DNA of 64,000 nt. It comes from Antedon mediterranea. Lineage: Eukaryota; Animalia; Echinodermata. Where the stretch lies: the NCBI RefSeq assembly GCF_964355755.1, contig NC_092671.1, positions 27,292,070 through 27,356,069 of the forward strand. Reading direction: 5' to 3'. Positions 40,701 through 52,700 of the stretch are shown in pieces; the stretch's first letter is position 1, and each line of letters begins with the position of its first letter. Position numbers and translations under genes: made by a program. The notes below the pieces were generated by a model. It was given only the letters and a program-made list of their open reading frames with translations, was not told where the DNA came from and did no database searches.

Positions 40701-43700
40701 TAGGACTGTAGACGAAAAGAGGCGGTAATAAATTAAAGCGTGACCTACTGTTACTTTTAACACTCGGTCATGAATTTTAAATATAATATATGGTTAAATC
40801 CGAGCTCTTCCAATATAGAAATCGATTCCGGCAAAGTACCGAATTATTGATACTAGATAGATGTACTGTAACTAATTTACTAAAAAAAGTCAACTGTACT
40901 GTACTCTGCCTATCTAATTGAGTCATTGCTTGCTCTCCTCGGTGTGGTTTTTGAACGGCTAGGCCTAACCATGGATTAAAGAATGGAAGGATATGCATCA
41001 GTTTGAGATCAAGGGTTCCATGACTCTAGCCGACTGACCGCGGACCGCCCACAATGTTACAGTTTAATTAACCGCATGGTAACAACGAAACGGTCGCGTG
41101 CCTAATATATTGTTGACTGCACATGTGCAACGACATTTAACCTTGTTGGCTATGCTTCTTTCGCGCGTTCTTTGGTGGCATGATGTTTTAGTGCTAGCAA
41201 CAATGGCGACGAACACTTTATTAGACGACGAATTTAGTTATAACCTTTCTGATAAGGAATTCGAAGTCGAATTAAACGATCTCCCAGATATAGAGTTTCG
41301 TAAAGAAGAGGTTGGCTTGGATTCAGACAATGGTTATGGAGGAAAATGTGTTAATGATGGTCCAACACGTTCTGTCGGCGAAAGCGAAGGAGACCGCTTA
41401 GGCCGGAAGGGTAAATATATTAGGGCCTAGCCTAGTTTATTATTTCCTCCATGGTTAGTACATGGAGGTATTATACTTTCATGGTTAGTAGTGCTTAGTA
41501 CTAGTTGTAGTGTTGTTTCTGAAGATGACGAATTTAACTTCAACAACGAATTGCCCGCAACCGAAATTATTGATCATGTTATGCAGCCAAGACTTCAAGC
41601 CTTGGAGATTAGAGGCGTACTTTAATTTTTTTAAATTAATAAATTAAAATTCATTAATAAATCCATCATTAAACTATGCTAGCCTAGTAGGAGTAGGCCT
41701 ACAATAGGAGGAGTAGTACTAAGACAGTATGTACACTAACTAAGCTTACTATAAATCTAGGGCCCCTGGCAATTATTCAAACTTTATTGCCAGGCTAGTT
41801 GCAAGGCTACCCTCATATACAATATAACAAAGAAGGGGTATAAGTTACATAATTTGATTAGATTGTGTTTGGTTATTTGTTTTGTATAAATATAGATAAT
41901 TAATTTCTTTCCCTGCAATTTTTAATGTTTTGTTTTTACCTTAAAAACATTAAATCAGGTCATTCCTTGTCTTTAAAAGTGAAGTGTATGCTTATGATTA
42001 ATTATGATAAAAAGAGAAAAGCAATGTACTGCCTACAGTAATTAACTCATATAGAATGTCCTCTTGTGGTAGACCTAGCCTTTCTACTACAATGAATGAC
42101 CTATTTAGTTATTTTCACACAGATGTCACCAATGTGACAAAGAAGCCAGAGAAATTGAAGACTAGGCCTACAGCTAAAAAGAAGCCAGATAAATTGAAGA
42201 CTACAGCTAAAAAGACTAGATTTAACTAGACTAGACTAGACTTAATTTTTGGCTGCAGAAACATGGCCTTAGTCTATAATAAGACATCAATATTTGTTTG
42301 TACAAATTGATTTGTTCTTATTATTGTTCAATTATTGTAAGTTATTTCTCTGTTATTTAATCTATATTAGTGGGAAAAAATATAAACACAACAGAAACAG
42401 GATTTAACATATGTCTTACTGTACATTTCATGTGTCATGCATAAAGTGTCATTTTAAAAATCATGGACCACTTTCTACTTTGTAGTAGAGGAAGAGCAAA
42501 CTTAAATTTTTAACATTCCATTCATTAATGGAATTTCATATAAAGGCATGACATTTTATTTCATAGGCCGAAAAGATTTAGGCTGTTTCATTATCTTAAT
42601 TATTGTACATTTTATATTTTTATTGATTGTTACATGTATTTTCAGCTGTTCAAAGACCAACTATTAAATTTATGAAAGAAAATGCAATCATTAATAGTCA
42701 GTCATACTTGATGTCAGCGTTAGAACAGGTCATGCACCATCCTGTGTAAACAGCCGATTATCCAACAGCAAAACAAGTTTTAGCTCTTGCCAAAGTGTTA
42801 CTTGAAAATAATAATACTACTAATAATAAGGACTACTCTAAAAACACTGCTGACGATTTTTGGGAAATTGTGACAACTGGTGACACAAAGACCATTAAAC
42901 CTGAGGGTAATGAAATGGTCTGTTGTGCATTTCATCAATATTGTATCAATAACGGTACTGGTAGGTGGAAGAATTTAATGAAAGCTTTAAATTTGGACAG
43001 AGAAGGTCAACATGCTAGAACATTAAATCACTTTATCATGAGAACAATTTTAGAGTTAATTTTAATGCCCATACCTGAGGTGAAAGATCCAAAACCATTG
43101 GACAGCAATGAAAGAACAAGTAGTTTGATATGTGGCTGGATACATACCTTATGCACTACTTAAGTTTGATATGTGGCTGGATACGTACCTTATGCACTAC
43201 TTAAGTTTGATATGTGGCTGGATACGTACCTTATGCACTACTTAAGTTTGATATGTGGCTGGATACGTACCTTATGCACTACTTAAGTTTGATATGTGGC
43301 TGGATACATACCTTATGCACTACTTAAGTTTGATATGTGGCTGGATACGTACCTTATGCACTACTTAAGTTTGATATGTGGCTGGATACGTACCTTATGC
43401 ACTACTTAAGTTTGATATGTGGCTGGATACGTACCTTATGCACTACTTAAGTTTGATATGTGGCTGGATACGTACCTTATGCACTACTTAAGTTTGATAT
43501 GTGGCTGGATACGTACCTTATGCACTACTTAAGTTTGATATGTGGCTGGATACATACCTTATGCACTACTTAAGTTTGATATGTGGCTGGATACGTACCT
43601 TATGCACTACTTAAGTTTGATATGTGGCTGGATACGTACCTTATGCACTACTTAAGTTTGATATGTGGCTGGATACATACCTTATGCACTACTTAAGTTT

Positions 43701-46700
43701 GATATGTGGCTGGATACGTACCTTATGCACTACTTAAGTTTGATATGTGGCTGGATACATACCTTATGCACTACTTAAGTTTGATATGTGGCTGGATACA
43801 TACCTTATGCACTACTTAAGTTTGATATGTGGCTGGATACATACCTTATGCACTACTTAAGTTTGATATGTGGCTGGATACGTACCTTATGCACTACTTA
43901 AGTTTGATATGTGGCTGGATACATACCTTATGCACTACTTAAGTTTGATATGTGGCTGGATACATACCTTATGCACTACTTAAGTTTGATATGTGGCTGG
44001 ATACATACCTTATGCACTACTTAAGTTTGATATGTGGCTGGATACGTACCTTATGCACTACTTAAGTTTGATATGTGGCTGGATACATACCTTATGCACT
44101 ACTTAAGTTTGATATGTGGCTGGATACGTACCTTATGCACTACTTAAGTTTGATATGTGGCTGGATACATACCTTATGCACTACTTAAGTTTGATATGTG
44201 GCTGGATACGTACCTTATGCACTACTTAAGTTTGATATGTGGCTGGATACATACCTTATGCACTACTTAAGTTTGATATGTGGCTGGATACATACCTTAT
44301 GCACTACTTAAGAAATTAAACCAAACAACCAGCATAACAGCTAAGACCTACTGCAGAGTGGCAGGTAAAAGATTCTGATGCGACTCATTCATTTTTAGAT
44401 TACACGCAATTATGGATAGCAAAGCAGACACGTGGTCGATTGTTTAATATCAATGATGATGTTTACTTATTCTTTAGAGCAATAGAGAATGAAAGCAGAA
44501 AGTATTTAACTGTGAGTAGACTCGATTCAATGCCAAATGCCAACATCCAGCAGACAATTCTTGACACTGTATTGGAAAACCCAACTGTTCATAAATATTT
44601 GTGCAATCTGATACGCAACAAAATTACAGGAGAGGCATCAAAACATTTGCTTGAATTGATTATCAAGCTTTGGCTCAAGATAGGCCCGTATCCAGAGAGT
44701 AGACGTCCTTGGATGTAATGAAATGCCTCTGTAAGTGCATTATTTCTTGTATGTAAAGTAAAATCCGTCTTGTCATATTAAATGTTAAATATCAATATGA
44801 AATGATATAATTTTAACTTTATATTATTAATATTACTAGGCCTATGGTCGACTAATTCAATAAATTAGTTGAGGTAAAATAAAGTCAACTTAGGCTTTTT
44901 TAAAATGTCAAGCAATTTTTTTTTACAAATACATTCATGCTTGTTTGTTAAATTAAACTGTATTTGTTTTTCTTTAGTTGTGACAAAACTGCAGATTGGT
45001 GTAACATTCAAAATGATGAAGAACTGCAGAAAAGCCAATCATTGAAACGCTGCAGATGTGCTAACGGACCTGACAAAAACATTTGCCTGAAGCAATTTGA
45101 GGAAGAATTTATATTATTATTATATTATTGATGATCATACTGGTTTAACTTTTTATCAGGGCAATATACTTTAATGGCAATTTATTAATATATACTTTCA
45201 TTTTATACAGTAATTCAAAAATGTGTATATACATTTTCTCAGTGTCATGCTATGTCGACTTTCATTTTGTTGGCATTCAGTTGGGAAAATATTGTTTTTG
45301 AAAATGATAATTTTGAAATAAATTAATGATTTTATCAACTAATGTTCTTTATTGTATTGTTATTGTTTGTGCAAAATTTCTTTAGAATCAGACCATGTGA
45401 ATTTTACTTTTGCTATGGTGTTCTGACTGTCCTTTTCCAAAACCAGCACAGTTTACGCTCTGTTGTTGATTTCATTTTCCTCTAAAACCGGAATTTTCTT
45501 TTAGTGAAAGTGCTGTTTAGTTTTTGGTTTTTAACTGCAAAAAACACAAATTTTAAGCAAAAAATCATATTTTTTTACCACTTTAAATAACCATAACTTT
45601 AGAACGTGTAATCGGACTTCAATCATTTAAATTGCAAAATGCTAATTACATTAAGTTCTGTATGGTTAACTGAAAGAAAAAGAAAAAAAATTAATCTGAA
45701 TTTTTTCATTGGGATACCTACTGTTACATAAAATAAATATGTATATTCAGAAATTATTACATTAGTTAGGTAGTTTATCCAATGTCATACCATATCCGGT
45801 GACTCTCTGAAAACTGATATAAGTGCAAATAAAGGTAATGTGTATACAGTTGATAATTTCTGCTATAGCACCAAAATAAAAATCTGAAATTGAATAAAAA
45901 CATAAGAAAGTAAAATTCCACTGTCATCAGATAATATTTTTTACTACACCATTTATTTTTCCTAGTTGTTTAAAAATGCCTTTCTATTTACATTTGTGTA
46001 CAAGTGAATAGAGATTTTGTTGTGTATATTTGATCCAACCTCAAACCCAACTGTTAAGAAAGTGCTTACTTTCAACAAAATCTCAATCATTATGAAACAT
46101 AGGGGAAATTATAGATATTTTTTGCCCGCACCTGGCCTTTAAAGAAGATAACTTATTAATTTTTTTCATTTCAAGTGTATACCATAGGCGTATAGAATCG
46201 GGCAGTTCACTGTTTACAAGGGCACGTGAAGAAATGAAGTCCAAAAGTAAGTATATATTTTTTGTTTCTTACCAAATTGTTCTCGATATACTCAGTCTCA
46301 ATTCTCTAAAATGTGTACAGTCCCCAAAACATGAAAATAAAGATAAATTTGAATAGGCCATTTTGTAGTTTTAATAAAATTATTCACTTTCACCAAAAAG
46401 AAAAAGAAAATGATTTCGCTTATAAAAAAATTTATGGTTAGACCAAAATCCTGTTGGCTTCTGTTTTACTATTTTTAACTTAAAATTACAATTATTTAAG
46501 TAATTAATGTTGGGGTTTATTAAATTAGTTTATTGAACTTTTAACTAAACCTAATGCATATTTTGTAGAACCAGCATATACAAAGTCACCATCTCTAGCA
46601 AAGTCAAAATTGTATGGCAAATCCCTGACGTCAGCGCTCTTTCCTTCAAAGTCAAAATCGTTGGCAAAATCCTCAAAGTCGCCGTCATCTGATATGTCGC

Positions 46701-49700
46701 CATCAAAGTTTCGAAGGTGGCTAACTTCTATAGACACACCATCGTCAGCGTACACTCCATCATCGCTGAAGTATTCTTCGTCTACACTTAAAACGACATC
46801 ATTTTACAGTAGAGGAAAACAAATGCTTCAAACGAGTTTTCTAGAGTAAGTACAGTTAAGTGTCCCTCTATTAAAACAAAATAGATTATGCTATTACTAC
46901 CCAATTCACAGTGCTGTATCTCCACATATTTGGCCAGTATCTGTAATACATCATCTCATCTAATTCAGCAGCGCTGAAACATACTGCATGAGTGAACTTT
47001 AGCAGGGTGAACCCATGCATCTCACATGCTTGTCCCATTACCTTGCTATTACAACATAATCTCTCTTTTAGCATACTTTGTTTTTATTAACAGATCTGTT
47101 CCTAGAAAACCACACCCCTTAAAATGTCCTGTCAAGAAATCTCGTCTTAGTGATTTTTTCAAAGGACGGCAAGAAAAGCCAAAGCAATACACATCCAACT
47201 TGAACCAACCAAAACTTAAAGGGTAAGATTAATTTCATTTTTTGACTTTAGGCACATGTGGCCAAGGATTACCAATAGTAAATTAATCACTGTCCTATCA
47301 GATACAGGTAGGTGGTAATCTCCCTGATACAGGGGCTATTTTGTAAACTGGTTCACCGGGCTAAACCTTACTCGTCTTGAATGATGAACTTGGTTCTTTA
47401 AAGTACACTGGACCTATGGTTTATAGTTCTTATAAGAAAAGACTTGTTCCACCACCATACTATGGAGCGAGTTGGCCTACAACCCATGCCGATATTGTTA
47501 GCACCTTTAGGTATGGTAAACGGCGCCCCCGCCTTAACTGCTTGGGCATTTGCCCGCCTGTGCGTTACATTAGTATTTGTATTATAATAATGTATTGTTG
47601 TGCTGATTTTTTGTACAAATTTAAATAGACTAGATGGCACGCTCGCTTCGCTCGCGTACCATCTAGGGGTGCTCACAGATGGTTCTCGAATACAGTAGAA
47701 TCCACGGACGGGGACTTTTTTGGGACACTAAACAAAAACGGAGTGTCCCCCTAATTGGGGTATTCAGAAATAGAGACAACAAAACCAATACTGGATTCCA
47801 TAAAGGACAATTAATTTATGTGGATTAAAGAAATTAGGGAGAAATGGAAATGTATGTACGGGAATTGGGCGACACGTGGTGGTGGTGATGGAACCGCAGT
47901 AATAAAGTTGATTGTATTTATATATTATAAGAACCAAACTAAATAAATAGACCTAGACATTCTGCGAAATGGAAATCGGAAATGCAAGCTCCTATTCAGT
48001 GAAAAATTAAACTGTAGTCTACCTAAATATTTAGGGCAAATCATCGGTTGTCGTGTTGAAATTCCTGTAAACATTTGTGTGAACCAAACTGGGTCGAATT
48101 TCTGTCATGAGTACTGATTTGTTGGCCTGTGATTTATGACGCCTAAGGGATCTATCTAGACTTATTTTTTAGAATAATGTACGTACCTGTCAGATACAAT
48201 TGTCTTGTGTCGTATAATAAATTAGTACTGTAATAGTTACTGAAGTTACTATTACAATCTCGTCAATGAAAACACGAAAATGTATATGCACTTACTTATG
48301 AAAACGTATACAGTATTATACTCAGTTATTGAAACAGTAGGTTTAAAAAAGTTTCGTTTGTCTGTAAAATGATGTAATCAAGCTGTTTACATGAGTCTTA
48401 ATTTATAAGCACATCAATAATAAAATAGTTTATCTATCCTGTAATTGGCGAGATTATGGTCGCTGTTGAATCAAATAAAGCCAATCGGTATCATATTTGT
48501 ACAGAAACGTTTTCGCGGCCGAAGGGTGTAACCTAAATTCGTTGTATTATCGTCAAGAACTAACTGTAACTAAACTTACATAGAAAGTAGGGTATCATAA
48601 ATTTGGCCTTAGCACTCGGGGGAGTGGCTAAGATGAAGTCCGTGGGACTACTAAATATAAATTGTAATGAACCTCGAGGGACATAAATAGGAATATTTCA
48701 TGTTTCATTATCAATGTATAATAAATGGAAACTGTTTACCGATTCAAATAATAGAAATTGGTTTTTAACATTTTCCGAACCTATTGCAAGTTTATTCTCA
48801 AAGGGCCCATATATTTACCTACCGTATGTGTTAAACCAAGGGCTCATAAATTTACCTACAGTACTTGTGTTAAACCAAACTCTGGCAGACTGAGAGATTG
48901 GGATGTTCCATTCATCGCAAATCAATACATTTGTATAATCGTATATTAAATCTATCAAAATAGTATTTTTTAAAGAAAATCGGCCTGTCTTCAACATTAT
49001 GATGGTGTACTCTAGCAATCTATCAAAATAGTATTTTTTCAAAGAAAATCGGCCTGTCTTCAACATTATGATGGTGTACTCTAGCTGTTCAACCGGTTTT
49101 CAGCTATTAAAAACAATTAGCGTAGGAGGAGATAGGAAAATGCGAAGCCTCCTCGCTATGTAACATTGAGGTTGAGGGATGGGAAAGCGGATAGGTACAA
49201 AGAGGAACAATTTTTAAATATATTCTTTATCCACTGAGTAACGAAATATTTTGTTCATGTTTTATAGGCCTATAAATAATATACCTCTAAATACAGTAGG
49301 CCTAAAACATTTGCGATTTAATACTTTGTTAAAACTGTCACTGTCATAATCGATTGAAATATTAAAGTACATGTCACGATACACCACTACGACGTTTATA
49401 TTTTTGGTAATTATTAATTAACTAGATGGTCGTGCCCACAGATGGTTCTCGAATACATAATAATTTCAGCGTTAAAGAACTGGCGATTTCAAATGTACGT
49501 ACCGCAGGACAATAATACATGTCGTTTACAGGAACGAATAAATAGACACTTTGATTTATGTACTCAACTAAAATTAGCACCCTGGGAATATACATCCGAA
49601 AGAGAAACTTGTCACAAAATGAGACACATTGTTTAAGTAAAATTTAAACAAACTTAATTTGTGTTTTGTATGTAACATTAGGGTTGAGGGATGGGGAAGA

Positions 49701-52700
49701 GGATGGGTGCAAAGAAGAACAATTTTTAAATATATTCTTTATCCATTTAGTAACGAAATATTAATTGTTTTCATGTTTTACAAATAATATACCACTATAC
49801 ACAGTAAAACATTGCGATTTAATACTTGTTGAAACTATCACCGTCGATTGAAATAGTATAGTACATGTAACGATACATCACTACGACGTGTATATGTTTA
49901 TATAATTTAAAACAATTTGTGAAAACCACCTCTATTCGGGGCAAAATCATAAATTTGATTTAATGGTCAATAAATATTAAATTATCTAACTCAACTTAAT
50001 TAGTAGGCATAATGGTTTTCAATTGTTTCTTATAGCCAATTCATACTTAAGTTGGTTCCTACCCTACCCTCCAAAGTTGTTCTGCGTTTAGTTAGGGCAT
50101 GTGATGTACCGTAAAGGCCCATCCTCTACTGGTTTTACAACGCTACTCATGCCAGTGAGGGAAGGGTGGTGATGTGGGTGGTTTAACTGCAATTATAAAG
50201 ATGTGTACATAATATACGGCGAGTGAAAGCGCTAGCTCATTATCTGTTTAAAAAAATGTATATCCAACCTCTGCAACACAGATTGAAATGGTTGGGTTGG
50301 TTGAAAAAAAAATGGATCGAATTTCTGTTATGAGTATACAGTACTTGCCTTTACGACGCCTGAGGGAATAGACACTTGTGGAACAGAGATTGGAATGTTC
50401 CATTCATCGCAAATCAATACATTTGTATAAACGTATATTAAATCTATCAAATTAGTATTTTTTTTTTTTAAATCGGCCTGTCTTCAACATTATGATGCTG
50501 TACTCGAGCTGTTCAACCGGTTTTCAGCCATTAAAAACAATTATCGTAGGAGGAGATAGGAAAATGCGAAGCATCCTCGTATTATCGTCTGCGGGTATTT
50601 TTCAAGATGGACATCCATTAGACAGTGTATCCCGCGATCGAAAAACACCCCTATTTGGGGCAAATCGTTGAACCTAAATTCGTTTTAATCGTCAATAACT
50701 AATTATCGAACTCAATTTAATTAGTAAACAGGGTTACATCTGGCGGTTAAAATCAGTACCGAAAGTACGAATCAACTTTATATACCATCGAGTAAACATT
50801 CTAGAAATAACGCGCGATTTACCGAATTTTGCCCTTACGTAAATTTATATATAGATACAAACGTTGAGAAGGAACTGTCAGTATAAAGTTTATTTGTATA
50901 TCTAACAGTAGAGCCTACCCACAGTCTCAGTAATAAAGTTTATTTGTATATATTTTTATATTACATCTAACAGTACGAACATTCACAGTAAGAAATGTTC
51001 GATTCAAATGAAAAATAGTTAATAGGTATTTACAGTATTGTCAAAGTATTGCAAGTTTATTCTCAAAGGGCTCATAAATTTACCTACAGTACTTGTGTTA
51101 AACCAAACTCTGGCAGACTGAGAGATTGGGATGTTCCATTCATCGCAAATCAATACATTTGTATAATCGTATATTAAATCTATCAAAATAGTATTTTTTA
51201 AAGAAAATCGGCCTGTCTTCAACATTATGATGGTGTACTCTAGCTGTTCAACCGGTTTTCAGCTATTAAAAAAAATATCGTAGGAGGAGATAGAAAAATG
51301 CGAAGCCTCCTCGCATTTTTTTGGCGGGTATTTTTCAAGATGGACATCCATTAGACAGTGTATACCACGATCGGAAAACACCCCTATTTGGGGCAAATCG
51401 TTGAACCTAAATTCGTTTTAATCGTCAATAACTAATTATTTAACTCAATTTAATTAGTAAACAGGGTTACATCAGGCGGTTAAAATCAGTACCGAAAGTA
51501 CGAACCAACTTTACATACCATCGAGTGAAAATTCTAGAAGTAAGGCGCGATTTACCGAATTTTGCCCTTACGTAAATTTATATATAGATGGTAAAATGCA
51601 TGTAGTGCCTTGTCACGAACTCCCTTTACGTATGTTTCCAAGCGGTTGAAAATACTTTAGGAACTCCCTTGTGACATAAAAGTATACACAAAAAATCCAC
51701 AAAGTTGTAAAATAACTCAAAACAAAGCTTTAATTTTAATCAACTTCAACTTTCAACAATCCAGTAAGCAGTTTAAACAACAGCTTCACAATAACTTTTA
51801 CAATCGAATATCCAACCTCTAATCTAACCTCTAATATCCAACCTTCTTCAAAATAAATGCTTCAATCAAAAATCCTCCTCTTTCCTTACAATTGTCATAC
51901 TTCCCCTTATATACAATATGTTCATAACCTTCTAGATCATTCTTATACTTCCTGGGGTACCACTAACATTTCATTTTGTTTAGCCATTTGCCAAAAGTAA
52001 AATATTTTTTTTAGTCAAATCAGTTTATCTATAGCCAAAATGGCTAAAGTCAAATTTTTTTATTTAGCCAAATGAATCGGTTTTTAGCCAACATTTAAAA
52101 TTGTTGAAATATAATGGTAACAACATTTTAGTCAATTTTTCTATGTCAACAGGGCTATACACTGTTCCCTGAACGTTTTTGTAAGGCATTGAGATAGAGA
52201 ACCATGACTAAATCGCTGTATGATTAAAAAAAATAATTTTTTTTTTTTTTATATGATCAAAACAATTGTTCAAATTGTTTTTAATCATACAGCATTCATA
52301 CAGTTATCAATTTAATAAGAAACATTTTACAGTTTTCTAAAATCCCCTGAACACTATATTACTTTTGTTTTTTTACGCATAGCTGGTCATGTTTGTGTGA
52401 CGGCTTTCATCGCATACCAGACGAAAATCGTGTCCTAGACTTCACGGTCACTCAGCGTCACCGCCGCGCAGCGGGTTAATGTTTTTAAATTGGGTATGCT
52501 CAAGAGGTGCAAACGAACACTCGTATCGTTGTTGAACGTAAGATAATATAGGCCAAAGCACAGAGTACATGTCTTTCCATCCCTCAAGGCTGCGCCGAAG
52601 CGTTTCGGTCAGGACGAGAAATTTATACCATCACGATTATTTATTTACACAACAACACAGAAGCCGGCGGCCAGCCCCACTCAGCTGTAAAAATGCATGT

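Noticed and set aside
43122-44310. CRISPR-like array
   Set aside because: Units are head-to-tail with no unique spacers, there are no cas genes, and the context is a eukaryotic intron.
46525-46755. Acidic 76-aa minus-strand ORF
   Set aside because: Antisense shadow of the Ser/Lys-rich USP37 exon 6.
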